A DNA stretch of 57,818 bases, from the NCBI GenBank assembly GCA_042570105.1, contig JBHPHW010000003.1, positions 1-57,818 on the forward strand, read 5' to 3'. The stretch comes from Candidatus Omnitrophota bacterium (GTDB lineage: Bacteria; Omnitrophota; Gorgyraeia; Gorgyraeales; Gorgyraeaceae). Position 1 is the stretch's first letter. Each line of letters starts with the position of its first letter. Under the pieces are notes generated by a model that worked only from the letters and a program-made list of their open reading frames with translations, had not been told where the DNA came from and did no database searches. Position numbers and translations under genes: made by a program. Below are positions 17,229 through 27,279 of this stretch, piece by piece.

Positions 17229-18494
17229 TTAAATCTCTTTTTGACGTTTTATCCTTGCCCCTATCCTCTCTAACTTTTCTTCAATGTTATGGTATCCGCG
17301 ATCCAGGTGATAGATCCTTGATATTTCGGTTTGTCCTTTCGCAACCAATCCTGCAAGTATTAACGCTGCGCTAGCGCGTAAATCTGAAGCCATTACCGGC
17401 GCACCGCTAAGACGCACCACCCCTTTTACTATTGCATTCGACCCTTCGCGCATAATCTGCGCGCCCATCCTCGCAAGTTCGCTTATATGCATAAATCTCT
17501 CAGGATATATTTTCTCTGTTATGACACTGATACCTTTGGTTATGCTCATAAGCGCCATCATCTGCGCCTGCATATCAGTGGGAAAGCCAGGATAAGCAAG
17601 GGTAGTCACATCCACGGGCTTTAAAGAACGCATCTTCCTTACACGCAGGCCATCCTTTACCTTTGTGACCTTGCACCCGACATTGTGCAATACATCTATA
17701 ATAGCCCCTAAATGCTCTATTTTGGCATGCTTTATCAATATGTCCCCTCCGGTAATCGCAGATGCTATCATAAATGTCCCGGCCTCTATCCTATCATATG
17801 TTACCGAATATTCTGCGCCGTGAAGTGACCTGACCCCTTCTATCTCTATGATAGGAGTGTTCTGTCCTTTTATTTTAGCGCCCATCTTTATAAGGAAATT
17901 TGCAAGGTCAGATATCTCCGGCTCACACGCAGCGCATTCGATCACAGTTTTACCTTTTGCAAGTGTTGCAGCCATCATAAGGTTTGCTGTTGCTAAAACA
18001 CTGGAGCCGAAATTTCCGCCCAGATACACCCGTTCACCTTTCAGCTGTTTTGTGCTTGCAACTATATATCCATGTTCGATCCTTATGTCTGCGCCTATCG
18101 AGCGCAGCCCTTTTATATGCAGATCGATGGGCCTTAGTCCGATAACACAGCCCCCCGGCATCGAGACCTCTGCATGTTTTAACTTGGCCAATATAGGTCC
18201 CAGTACGCATATAGACGCCCTCATTGTACTGACGAATTTATATGGGGCTATATAGTTTGAATAACCGCGAGGTTCCACTGTCACTACGCCATCTTCCATG
18301 TTGACCCTCACGCCTAATCCCCTCATTATCTTAAGCATCGTATATACATCGCTCAATGGAGGCACATTTTTTATTACAGATTTAGAGTCTGTTAGAAGCG
18401 TTGCGGCCAAAATAGGGAGTGCAGCATTTTTTGCGCCGCTTAATTCCACCTGCCCTTTTAACCTTACGCCGCCTTCTACAATAAATCTATCCAT
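17229..18494 (-). CDS. murA: UDP-N-acetylglucosamine 1-carboxyvinyltransferase
   Basis: GAKNAALP, MRAS, PGGCVIG (catalytic Cys), YPGFPTDMQ, DLRA. Confidence 0.97.
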   Translation of the reverse strand: MDRFIVEGGVRLKGQVELSGAKNAALPILAATLLTDSKSVIKNVPPLSDVYTMLKIMRGLGVRVNMEDGVVTVEPRGYSNYIAPYKFVSTMRASICVLGPILAKLKHAEVSMPGGCVIGLRPIDLHIKGLRSIGADIRIEHGYIVASTKQLKGERVYLGGNFGSSVLATANLMMAATLAKGKTVIECAACEPEISDLANFLIKMGAKIKGQNTPIIEIEGVRSLHGAEYSVTYDRIEAGTFMIASAITGGDILIKHAKIEHLGAIIDVLHNVGCKVTKVKDGLRVRKMRSLKPVDVTTLAYPGFPTDMQAQMMALMSITKGISVITEKIYPERFMHISELARMGAQIMREGSNAIVKGVVRLSGAPVMASDLRASAALILAGLVAKGQTEISRIYHLDRGYHNIEEKLERIGARIKRQKEI

Positions 18495-19345
18495 ACCACC
18501 CTTTCTAAACCTGAAAAATCTTTCCCTATTTTACGGACCTTGAATGATTTTTGCGAACTGAATAAATCTACCACATCCTGCGCCTGATGGAATCCTATCT
18601 CTAAAAATAAAGCCCCTCCTTTTTTTAAATAATGGGGGGATGCGCTTTTTATGCGCTTATAAAACTCTAACCCCTCTCCTCCGCCATCTAAAGCAATGCG
18701 GGGTTCACGCCTTACCTCTTTTTGTAAAGATCCGATTTCGGAACTTTTTATATACGGCGGATTGCACACTATTATATCAAATTTATGTCTTTTATTAAAT
18801 GGTAAAGCCTTAAAAAGATCCCCTTCGTAAAATGCCACATTTTCACTTGTCCCATGCATGATAGAGTTTCGCTCGGCTACTCTTAATGCAGGCCATGATA
18901 TATCCGTAGCGGTAATCCTTGCTTGCGGCATCGATCGCCCTAGGCTGACCGCAATATTGCCGCAGCCGGTACATAGATCCAGTATCTTCAAGCTACGATT
19001 TTCTGAACTCTCGAGATGCGTTGCTAAACTCAAGGCCTCATTAAGTAATATCTCTGTCTCAGGTCTCGGTATAAATACATCTTTAGTTACGTAAAAATCC
19101 CGCCCCATGAACTCTGCATGCCCGATTATATATTGCAGAGGCTCTCCTGATAAACGCCTATCTACAAGCGAATCGTATACGCCTTCGATCTCTCCGTCAA
19201 AATATAGCTCGTTCACGTAGAGCGCTTCTCTTCTGCATTTAAATATATAGGACAATAACAACTCTCTTTCGATTCTAGGGATACTGTCTTTATGCTTATT
19301 TATTAGATATGAGATATTTTTAGTTGCTGATAAAGTCTTTAACAT
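18476..19345 (-). CDS. prmC: release factor glutamine methyltransferase
   Basis: EPLQYIIG, IPRPETE, DLCTGCG, NPPY; follows prfA. Confidence 0.94.
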   Translation of the reverse strand: MLKTLSATKNISYLINKHKDSIPRIERELLLSYIFKCRREALYVNELYFDGEIEGVYDSLVDRRLSGEPLQYIIGHAEFMGRDFYVTKDVFIPRPETEILLNEALSLATHLESSENRSLKILDLCTGCGNIAVSLGRSMPQARITATDISWPALRVAERNSIMHGTSENVAFYEGDLFKALPFNKRHKFDIIVCNPPYIKSSEIGSLQKEVRREPRIALDGGGEGLEFYKRIKSASPHYLKKGGALFLEIGFHQAQDVVDLFSSQKSFKVRKIGKDFSGLERVVWIDLL

Positions 19346-19352
19346 TTTGGGA

Positions 19353-20417
19353 TCATTTAAGTTTGATCTTTCTTTCTGCCTGTATTAATGCCTCGATGAC
19401 TTCATCTATCTCGCCTTCCATGATTCTATCCAATTTATGAATAGTGAACCCGATCCTGTGATCCGTTACGCGCCTATCCGGAAAATTATATGTGCGTATT
19501 TTTTCACTGCGGTCCCCTGTCCCTACCTGGCGTTTCCTGTCACTTGCTGTCTTTTTCTCCTGCTCCCTCCTAAGGCCATCCAAGACCCTTGCCTTTAGGA
19601 CCTTCATCGCAGCGGCTTTATTTTTATGCTGAGACCTTTCATTCTGACATTGCACTACGATACCGGTAGGCATATGAGTTATCCTCACTGCAGAATCTGT
19701 AACATTTACATGCTGGCCTCCTGCCCCGCTGGAACGATAAGTATCTATCTTCAAATCCTGAGGGTTTATCTTTACATCTACATCCCCAGCTTCAGGAAGC
19801 ACTGCGACTGTAACGGCTGATGTGTGTATCCTGCCGGAGGCCTCTGTAGTAGGAACACGCTGTACCCTGTGTACGCCCTTTTCGTACTTCAATCTTTTAT
19901 ACACGCCTTTCCCTTTTACGGCAAATATTACCTCCTTAAAACCTCCTCCTTCTCCAATGTGAGAGTCCATCATATCTATTTTCCAGCCGCATCTTGCCGC
20001 ATACTTGGAATAGACCCTAAACAGATCCCCTGCAAATAAAGACGCCTCTCTTCCTCCTGTGCCTGCCCTTATTTCCATAATCACGTCTTTATGCGCGTCA
20101 ACGTCTTCTTCGAACATTACTTCTTCTAATTCTATTTCCATATCTCTTTTTTTCTTTTCCAGGATTAGTTTTTCCTTCTCTGCCATCTCAATAAGCTCTG
20201 AATGCGTCTCTCTCTCCAGAAGTTTTTTAGTATCATCTATTTCGGAGAGAAGTTTTTTATACGTCTTGTATTTTTTTACTACGCTTTCCATGGATGAGAG
20301 TTCCTTCGCGAGGCTCTGACATTTTGCTAGTTGAGACGCCACCTCATTATCCGCCATCTGGCGTTGGATCTCCTCGTATCGAGTCAATAGGGCTTCTAAT
20401 TTTTCAAACATAGGCAT
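19353..20417 (-). CDS. prfA: peptide chain release factor 1
   Basis: [16 protein letters not shown] (PxT motif of RF1), [14 protein letters not shown]. Confidence 0.97.
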   Translation of the reverse strand: MPMFEKLEALLTRYEEIQRQMADNEVASQLAKCQSLAKELSSMESVVKKYKTYKKLLSEIDDTKKLLERETHSELIEMAEKEKLILEKKKRDMEIELEEVMFEEDVDAHKDVIMEIRAGTGGREASLFAGDLFRVYSKYAARCGWKIDMMDSHIGEGGGFKEVIFAVKGKGVYKRLKYEKGVHRVQRVPTTEASGRIHTSAVTVAVLPEAGDVDVKINPQDLKIDTYRSSGAGGQHVNVTDSAVRITHMPTGIVVQCQNERSQHKNKAAAMKVLKARVLDGLRREQEKKTASDRKRQVGTGDRSEKIRTYNFPDRRVTDHRIGFTIHKLDRIMEGEIDEVIEALIQAERKIKLK

Positions 20418-20433
20418 TGAAGAGTAATATTCT

Positions 20434-20646
20434 TTACTTATCCTTATCCTTCTTCTTGTATTTTTTCAAAAACTTCTCTACTCTGCCTGCTGAGTCAACA
20501 AATTTTTGTTTGCCAGTAAAAAACGGATGGCATTTAGAACATATCTCTACGCGTATATTTTGCTTTGTAGAGCGGGTGTGGACAACCTCACCGCAAGCAC
20601 AAATAATTGTTGTCTCTTTATATTCAGGATGGATCTTTGGTTTCAT
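20434..20646 (-). CDS. rpmE: 50S ribosomal protein L31 (Zn-binding type)
   Basis: [28 protein letters not shown]. Confidence 0.97.
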   Translation of the reverse strand: MKPKIHPEYKETTIICACGEVVHTRSTKQNIRVEICSKCHPFFTGKQKFVDSAGRVEKFLKKYKKKDKDK

Positions 20647-20664
20647 TATTGCCTCCTTAGTGTC

Positions 20665-21930
20665 TTATTGGTTCATGCTTTCCAGAAATTCCTCATTTGA
20701 CTTCGTCTTGCCAAGTTTTTGTAAAAGTAGCTCCATCGCCTCTGCGCTATTTAACTCATTTAAGACCTTTCTTAATATCCATACCCTCTGAAGCTCTTTT
20801 TCGCTCAAGAGCAATTCTTCTTTTCTTGTATTTGACCTCTTTATATCAATGGCGGGATAGATCCTTCTCTGAAACAGGCTTCTATCAAGCTGCAATTCCA
20901 TATTGCCGGTCCCTTTAAATTCTTCAAATATGACCTCGTCCATTCGGCTCCCTGTATCAACGAGGGCTGTGGCTATAATAGTCAAGCTCCCGCCTTCTTC
21001 AATGTTTCTGGCTGCGCCAAAGAATCTTTTTGGCTTATGCAGGGCATTTGAATCCACGCCTCCCGAAAGTATCTTCCCGGAATGCGGCACAACAGCATTG
21101 TATGCCCTTGCTAGGCGCGTTATGCTATCTAAAAGTATTACGACATCTTTTTTATGCTCCACGAGCCTTTTTGCCTTTTCGAGCACCATCTCTGCAACCT
21201 GTACGTGTCTTTCGGCAGGCTCGTCAAACGTAGAGCTTATCACTTCACCCTTCACAGAACGTTCCATATCTGTGACCTCTTCAGGCCTCTCGTCTATCAG
21301 AAGCACCATTATAATCGTATCAGGAGAGTTCTCGGCTATACTATTTGCTACCTTCTGCATGATTACTGTCTTCCCGCTATAAGGGGGCGCAACGATCATG
21401 CCTCTCTGCCCTTTTCCTATTGGCGTAAGTAGATCCATTACGCGCACAGTAAGATCCTTCTTTTTTATCTCTAGATTGTATCTCTCATTAGGATAAAGGG
21501 GCGTCAGGTTATCAAATAAAATCTTATCCTTTGCTGATTCAGGCCCTTCAAAATCTACTGCCTCTACTTTTAATAAGGCAAAATATTTCTCCCCTTCCTT
21601 TGGCGGCCGGATCTGTCCGCTTACGATATCCCCTGTCCGCAGGGCAAATTTTTTGATCTGCGAAGGTGATATGTATATATCATCAGGGCATGGAAGATAA
21701 TTATAGTTTGGCGACCTTAAGAATCCAAATCCGTCAGGAAGCACCTCTAAAACCCCTTCGCCAAATATGAGACCAGCCCTTTCTGTTTGCGCCTGAAGGA
21801 CTTTAAATATCAGGTCCTGCTTTTTTAAAGCACTTGCACCGTTGACATTCATCTCCCGCGCAATCTTATTTAGCTCCGGTATCTTTAGAGATTTTAATTT
21901 TTCAATATCCAGTTTTTGATTTACAGGCAT
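20665..21930 (-). CDS. rho: transcription termination factor Rho
   Basis: [41 protein letters not shown]. Confidence 0.97.
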   Translation of the reverse strand: MPVNQKLDIEKLKSLKIPELNKIAREMNVNGASALKKQDLIFKVLQAQTERAGLIFGEGVLEVLPDGFGFLRSPNYNYLPCPDDIYISPSQIKKFALRTGDIVSGQIRPPKEGEKYFALLKVEAVDFEGPESAKDKILFDNLTPLYPNERYNLEIKKKDLTVRVMDLLTPIGKGQRGMIVAPPYSGKTVIMQKVANSIAENSPDTIIMVLLIDERPEEVTDMERSVKGEVISSTFDEPAERHVQVAEMVLEKAKRLVEHKKDVVILLDSITRLARAYNAVVPHSGKILSGGVDSNALHKPKRFFGAARNIEEGGSLTIIATALVDTGSRMDEVIFEEFKGTGNMELQLDRSLFQRRIYPAIDIKRSNTRKEELLLSEKELQRVWILRKVLNELNSAEAMELLLQKLGKTKSNEEFLESMNQ

Positions 21931-22516
21931 ATCCCACTCCTAATTGTTTCCAGATTTTTTCAATCTGGATCTTGGTTTGTTTTCTCGACCCATTATTATC
22001 TATAATAAAGTCCGCAAACGTCCTCTTTTTCTTTAGAGGCGCCTGCATCCTTATTCTCTGAAGTATCTCGCTCTGAGTTGAACCTTTTGCTCGGATAAGC
22101 CGCTTTATCGCTTTATCCAGATTTGTCCTTACAAGGACCAATCTATCCATCTTTCGATAAAAACCAGATTCTACCATTAACGCAGCATCAATAACAATAA
22201 GTTTTTTATCTTTCTTTGTCCGAACAATCCTTTCTATCTCCCTTATTGCCTCAGGATGGACCAGTTTATTGAGAAGCTCGAGCTTGGTCTTTTCTTTAAA
22301 AACTATCTGCGCAAGTTTCTTTCGATCTATTGTCTTATTCCCCTTGAGGATACCCTTCCCGAAATGCCTGACGATTTTCCCAAATACCTTCTTTGAAGGG
22401 GCCATTAGGCCATGACAAACCTTATCCGCATCAATGACATATGCGCCCAACCCCCTAAACATCTCCCTAGCAGTCGTTTTCCCGCTGCCAAAACTGCCTG
22501 TAATTCCTATAATCAT
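21902..22516 (-). CDS. coaE: dephospho-CoA kinase
   Basis: [35 protein letters not shown]; follows polA. Confidence 0.93.
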   Translation of the reverse strand: MIIGITGSFGSGKTTAREMFRGLGAYVIDADKVCHGLMAPSKKVFGKIVRHFGKGILKGNKTIDRKKLAQIVFKEKTKLELLNKLVHPEAIREIERIVRTKKDKKLIVIDAALMVESGFYRKMDRLVLVRTNLDKAIKRLIRAKGSTQSEILQRIRMQAPLKKKRTFADFIIDNNGSRKQTKIQIEKIWKQLGVGYACKSKTGY

Positions 22517-22582
22517 AATCGATGCCCTACCTGTTCAGACTATGCTGGGGGCCCTTGGCGCTAAAACAATTTGCAGACACAA

Positions 22583-25282
22583 TCACATCTTCTCCATCTC
22601 CAGCCAGTTCTTTCCGTATTTCACACTGACCTCTATTGGCACGTCCAGTTTTACTGCGGCCTCCATTTTCTCCTTCACCAACTCCTGCATCTGGTTAAGT
22701 TCTTTTTTAGGCACCTCAAAGACAAGTTCGTCATGTACCTGCATGATCATCATGGAAGCGAGATTTCTTTTCCTCATCTCTCTATGTATATCGATCATCG
22801 CAATCTTTATAAGGTCGGCTGCGGACCCCTGTATGGGGGCATTTATTGCTATCCTTTCAGCCTGCTGCCTTTCCCTCATGCTTCCTGAATTTATCTCATC
22901 TATATATCGACGTCTATTGAAAAGCGTCGTAACATACATTGCCTCTCTCGCCTCTTGCAACTTATCATCTATATATATCCTTACGCGAGGGTATCTTTCA
23001 AAATAAGAATCTATAAATTGTTGCGCGCTGGCCGGATCGATAGAAAGACTTCTGGATAAGCCAAATGCACTCATGCCATAAACTATCCCAAAATTTACAG
23101 CTTTTGCATTCGTCCTCATCTCAGGCGTTACGTCTTTCTCCTTGACCCCAAAAATCAAGGAAGCAGTATGCGCATGGATATCCATATCCTTTTCAAATGC
23201 CTGAACCAGCTCTTCGTCACCTGCCAGATGCGCCAGGATCCTCAGCTCGATCTGAGAATAATCCGCGGATATGATAAATCTATTATTCTCTCCAATAAAT
23301 GCCTTTCGTATTTGCCTACCCTGGCGAGTCTTAATGGGGATATTCTGGAGATTCGGCTTACTCGATGAAAGCCTGCCGGTGGCCGTAACCGTCTGATTAA
23401 ATGATGTGTGTAATCTACCTGTTTTTGGGTTCACAAGCTCAGGCAGCGCATCTATATATGTTGACTTCAATTTTGACAGCTCCCTGTATTGCAAAAGTTC
23501 TTTAGGCAATGGGTGCACTGGAGATAATCTTTCCAATACGCTCATGTCCGTAGAAAGCCCTGTCTTTGTCTTTTTTATTACAGGAAGGCCTAATCGCTCG
23601 AAAAGTATCTCGCTTAGTTGTTTTGGGGAATTTATGTTAAACTCAGTGCCAGCCATTTTGTAAATATTTATTACAGTGCCGGACAACTCCTTTTCCATGT
23701 CTTTGGATGTCTTCTTCAATAATCCTATATCTACCCTTACGCCATTTTTTTCCATCTCTGAAAGGACATCGATCAATGGAAGTTCTATTTCTCGAAAAAG
23801 TTTATCCAGTTCCTTTTCAAAAAGCTTGCCCTCAAGAAGCTTTTTAAGCCTCCAGGTCGCATCGCTGTCTTCACAAGAATATTCAGAGACTTCTTTCAGC
23901 GGGACTTTATCCATTGTTATTCTTTTTTTACCTTTACCCAAAAGATCTTCGGTCGGTATCATCTTATGCTCGAGGTACTCAAATGCCAGATCGTCTAGAT
24001 TATGGTTTAACTTTGACGGGTTCAACAGGTACGAGGCTACCATAGTGTCAAAATCTATTCCCTTTAACTCTATGCCGTATCTTGAAAGGATCAGCTTTTC
24101 ATACTTTATATTCTGCCCTATCTTTTTAATGCTATCGTCTTCAAAAATCCCTTTCAATGCCGTAAACGCGTCTCCTATTCTGATACCTTCGCGCTTGGGA
24201 GCTCCCTTATCCTCGATCAAGGCCACATAGTGCGCCTTACCTCTCTCCCAGCAAAAGGAGATCCCTACAGGGATCGCTTCTAATGGATTCGTACTCGTCG
24301 TCTCAAAATCCAGCACAAATTCCTTTTGTTTTTTAAATTCCCCAAGGAAGGCCTGAAACCCCTCTTCCTCAGAAATTGTTGAGTAGCTGGCTTCCTGTCG
24401 CATCAGAGAATCAAAAGAGGCTATCTCTTTAGCAAGGCGTTTGAATTCCAGGTCTTTAAAGAGCTGGAGCAACTTTTTTGAATCAGGCTGTCTGATGCGC
24501 ATACTGGCGATATCGACTTCTATAGGCACAGACGCATCCAATGTAACCAGTTCTTTTGATAAACGGGCAAGCTTCTCTTCTTTTAATAACATCTCCCGCT
24601 TCGAATCACTCTTTATTCTTTCAAGGTTTTTATATAGATTGTCGATATTTTGAAATTCTCTTATAAAATCGATGGCTGTCTTTTCTCCTATGCCGCGAAC
24701 TCCCGGTACATTATCAGTAGGGTCTCCTGCGAGTGCCATCAGATCTATAATACTCTCAGGCCCAAGTCCAAAAAATCTCCCCCTTATCGCTTCTTTATCA
24801 TACACTAGTCCTTCTTTTTGGACGTTTAGTACCTTTATATTTTCATCCACTAGCTGTAAGGCATCTTTATCACCAGTGACCACATACACCTCTATGCCGC
24901 TTTTTGCAGTTTTCTTTGCAATCGTAGCAAGGACATCATCTGCTTCAAACCCTTCTTTTTCAAAGATAGGGATATTGTATGCCTCAAGCGTCTCTTTTAT
25001 CAGCGGCAACTGCGAAACAAGATCATCCGGCATGGGTTTTCTTTTTATCTTATACTCTTTGAACTTTTTGTGCCGAAATGTAGGGCCTTTCAGATCAAAC
25101 GCGACCGCAAGATAATCAGGCCTTTGACTCTCTAGTAGCTTCTTGAGCATCAAAATAAACCCGTAAATTGCATTTGTTGGCTGCCCTCTTGAATTCTTAA
25201 GGTCTTTTATGGCATAGTAAGCCCTGTAACAATAAGAGTTTCCGTCTATCAGAAAAAGCCTTTTTTTTACGATGGGGTTCAT
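22583..25282 (-). CDS. polA: DNA polymerase I
   Basis: 5'-3' exonuclease (LIDG, EADD, GDKD), 3'-5' exonuclease (DFETTS), polymerase motifs ADYSQIELR, KAVNFGIVYG, QVHDEL. Confidence 0.98.
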   Translation of the reverse strand: MNPIVKKRLFLIDGNSYCYRAYYAIKDLKNSRGQPTNAIYGFILMLKKLLESQRPDYLAVAFDLKGPTFRHKKFKEYKIKRKPMPDDLVSQLPLIKETLEAYNIPIFEKEGFEADDVLATIAKKTAKSGIEVYVVTGDKDALQLVDENIKVLNVQKEGLVYDKEAIRGRFFGLGPESIIDLMALAGDPTDNVPGVRGIGEKTAIDFIREFQNIDNLYKNLERIKSDSKREMLLKEEKLARLSKELVTLDASVPIEVDIASMRIRQPDSKKLLQLFKDLEFKRLAKEIASFDSLMRQEASYSTISEEEGFQAFLGEFKKQKEFVLDFETTSTNPLEAIPVGISFCWERGKAHYVALIEDKGAPKREGIRIGDAFTALKGIFEDDSIKKIGQNIKYEKLILSRYGIELKGIDFDTMVASYLLNPSKLNHNLDDLAFEYLEHKMIPTEDLLGKGKKRITMDKVPLKEVSEYSCEDSDATWRLKKLLEGKLFEKELDKLFREIELPLIDVLSEMEKNGVRVDIGLLKKTSKDMEKELSGTVINIYKMAGTEFNINSPKQLSEILFERLGLPVIKKTKTGLSTDMSVLERLSPVHPLPKELLQYRELSKLKSTYIDALPELVNPKTGRLHTSFNQTVTATGRLSSSKPNLQNIPIKTRQGRQIRKAFIGENNRFIISADYSQIELRILAHLAGDEELVQAFEKDMDIHAHTASLIFGVKEKDVTPEMRTNAKAVNFGIVYGMSAFGLSRSLSIDPASAQQFIDSYFERYPRVRIYIDDKLQEAREAMYVTTLFNRRRYIDEINSGSMRERQQAERIAINAPIQGSAADLIKIAMIDIHREMRKRNLASMMIMQVHDELVFEVPKKELNQMQELVKEKMEAAVKLDVPIEVSVKYGKNWLEMEKM

Positions 25283-25338
25283 CTGCTTCTATGAATGGAA
25301 GGATTTATATCCGGCTAGGAAACAAGATATTAAAAAAA

Positions 25339-26061
25339 TTATTCCGGCAAAATATTAAGTATGGCCTCGAATTCTTTTTTCGCACCTGAAAAATCGTCCT
25401 TGCGGTAATGTATCATACCTTCGTTGTAATAATCTTCTATCCTCTCCTCCTTCATCTTATTTTTTATTTCTTCTTCCAAGTCCAATAATGATTTGTCTTC
25501 GGGATTCTTCCTCTTAGCAGTCCTTATTACATCCAAGGCCCTGGAATATTCGCCACGTCTATAGTAATTACGGGCCTTGTTATAATCCTTGCCGGTTTTA
25601 GTGTAAGACGGCCTTTTCCCCTTAGCCCCCCGCAACCTCTCTTCCGCCAACTTAAGAGAACGCTTCAGTCTTTCCCCAAATGTACTTTTAGAGGAAGACG
25701 TGTCTTTTATCCCCCTCTTTCCTCTGGTCGAGGAAATTTTCTTTTGTTTTCGAATACGCCTAGTGCCTGGCTCTTTTTTGCCGCCGATTCTAGTCCATTT
25801 GCCTTCTTTTTTAGACCCCCTAACCTGAGGTTTTTTGGTAGGGGGCGCTTTATCTTTAATCTTCTTGGTCCCGTAGCGTCCATCTACTTGTTCTTCAAGC
25901 TCATTAAGCTTGTGCTCTAGCTTTTTTACCCTAACGGATTCATCTACTTTTATTGGTCTTTTATCTATTTCTTTAGAATCTCTGGATTTACGGGGCGCCA
26001 GGTAGGGCCTTGACTTGGGTTTTATCCCTCTTAACTTTTTTCCTTTTTGTCGCTCAATTCG
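25339..26061 (-). other. 3' half of the frameshifted TPR gene (basic linker plus C-terminal TPR-like repeats)
   Basis: Manually read open frame of 241 codons from just after the T10 run (26062-26071) to the stop at 25339; includes tracked ORF 25339..25650. Confidence 0.75.
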
Positions 26062-27206
26062 TTTTTTTTTTGATCTTCCTCTTTTTTGAGTTTTCGTTCT
26101 TCCAGTTGTCTTTTGCGCTTGATTTCCTTTAGTTTCTTTTGTTCCAATCTCTTCTTTCGTTCCGCTTCCTTTTTGAGCCTTCGTTCTTCTGACTGCTGTT
26201 TACGCTCGATTTCCTTTATTTTCTTTTCCGCTTCTCTCTTGAGCCTTCGTTCTTTTAGCTCTTTTTTGCGCTTGATTTCTTTTAGTTTCTTTTGTTCCAA
26301 TCTCTTCTCTCGCTCCGCTTCCTTTTTGAGCCTTCGTTCTTCTGACTGCTGTTTACGCTCGATTTCCTTTATTTTCTTTTCCGCTTCTCTCTTGAGCCTT
26401 CGTTCTTTTAGCTCTTTTTTGCGCTTGATTTCCTTTAGTTTCTTTTGTTCCAAGCGTTTTTGCTTCTTTCCTGCTTTTATCTTTTCTTCCTCCAAACTCT
26501 TTTTCTCTTGCGCTTCTTTTTTTAACCTTTCTTTTTTTAGCTTCTCTTCTCTTTTTTGCTCTTCTCGTCTTTTCTGTGCCAGTATCTTTATCTCTTGCTC
26601 CTCCTCCTCAAGTCGTATCTTTTCATACCTCTCATCCCCTAACCACTCTTTCTTATTTTCTTCTTTTAAACGTGTTTTGCGTACGTCTTCTTCCCTTACC
26701 GCTACCGCTTTCTCTCCCAGTTTTCCTTTTACTTTACCTTCAATCAATCCTAATTTTTCAAGCCTTCCTTTGGCCTCTTCTGTCCACGGATCCCCGCTCC
26801 GCCCCAGTTTGTATCTTCTCATCCAATGAAAAGCAGCTTTTTTCAACTCGCCTTTTCGTTCATAAAGAAGGGCGACATTGGTATGTGCCTTTTCGTATCC
26901 GGGATCTAGTATAAGCGCTTTTTTGTATTCTGCTTCTGCCCTGTCGATCCAACCTTTTGCCTCAAAAAGGATCCCTAAGTCATTATGCGGAACTGCGTAA
27001 TTTTCATCCAAACTGCAAGCCTTTTGATACCATGAAATGGCAGAATCTATATCGCCTTGTTCCTGAGCCTTGAATCCTTTGTCGCGATAAGACTCTGCGT
27101 CATCAGACAGTCTAAACTTAGCATATATATGTGGAGTATCAATAAAAGAAATGGCTGCTAGAATGATAAATATTATTACAAACTTGAAGGAAAAATACCT
27201 CTGCAT
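26031..27206 (-). CDS. exported TPR-repeat protein with K/E-rich coiled-coil repeats (5' half of frameshifted gene)
   Basis: N-terminal hydrophobic signal, TPR motifs (HNDLGILFE..G..AEAEYKKAL), charged repeats. Confidence 0.82.
   Translation of the reverse strand: MQRYFSFKFVIIFIILAAISFIDTPHIYAKFRLSDDAESYRDKGFKAQEQGDIDSAISWYQKACSLDENYAVPHNDLGILFEAKGWIDRAEAEYKKALILDPGYEKAHTNVALLYERKGELKKAAFHWMRRYKLGRSGDPWTEEAKGRLEKLGLIEGKVKGKLGEKAVAVREEDVRKTRLKEENKKEWLGDERYEKIRLEEEEQEIKILAQKRREEQKREEKLKKERLKKEAQEKKSLEEEKIKAGKKQKRLEQKKLKEIKRKKELKERRLKREAEKKIKEIERKQQSEERRLKKEAEREKRLEQKKLKEIKRKKELKERRLKREAEKKIKEIERKQQSEERRLKKEAERKKRLEQKKLKEIKRKRQLEERKLKKEEDQKKNELSDKKEKS
26110..26455. repeat. 153-bp near-perfect tandem repeat (about 2.3 copies, 51-aa unit)
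   Basis: gcgcttgatt.. recurs at 26115, 26268 and 26421; the protein repeats RLEQKKLKEIKRKKELKERRLKREAEKKIKEIERKQQSEERRLKKEAE. Confidence 0.9.
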
Positions 27207-27230
27207 TAATAGACCCTTTTTGTTTTTATA

Positions 27231-27259
27231 AGTGTATCATATAGAGACTGTTGCGTCAA
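27231..27259 (-). promoter_or_regulatory. sigma70-type promoter of the TPR gene / polA block
   Basis: Minus strand TTGACG-17 nt-TACACT with TG extended -10. Confidence 0.6.
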
Positions 27260-27279
27260 GTTAAAATTACTAAAGGTGC

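Noticed and set aside
25339-25650. Stand-alone 103-aa TPR gene with TTG start
   Set aside because: The frame is open about 410 nt further upstream to the A10 run and no SD is evident; better treated as the 3' part of the upstream gene
26110-26455. CRISPR-like periodicity
   Set aside because: Whole 153-bp units repeat in frame within a CDS; no unique spacers and no cas genes
26086-26829. 247-aa + strand ORF rich in F/S/L
   Set aside because: Antisense shadow of the K/E-rich repeat; low complexity explains the lack of stops
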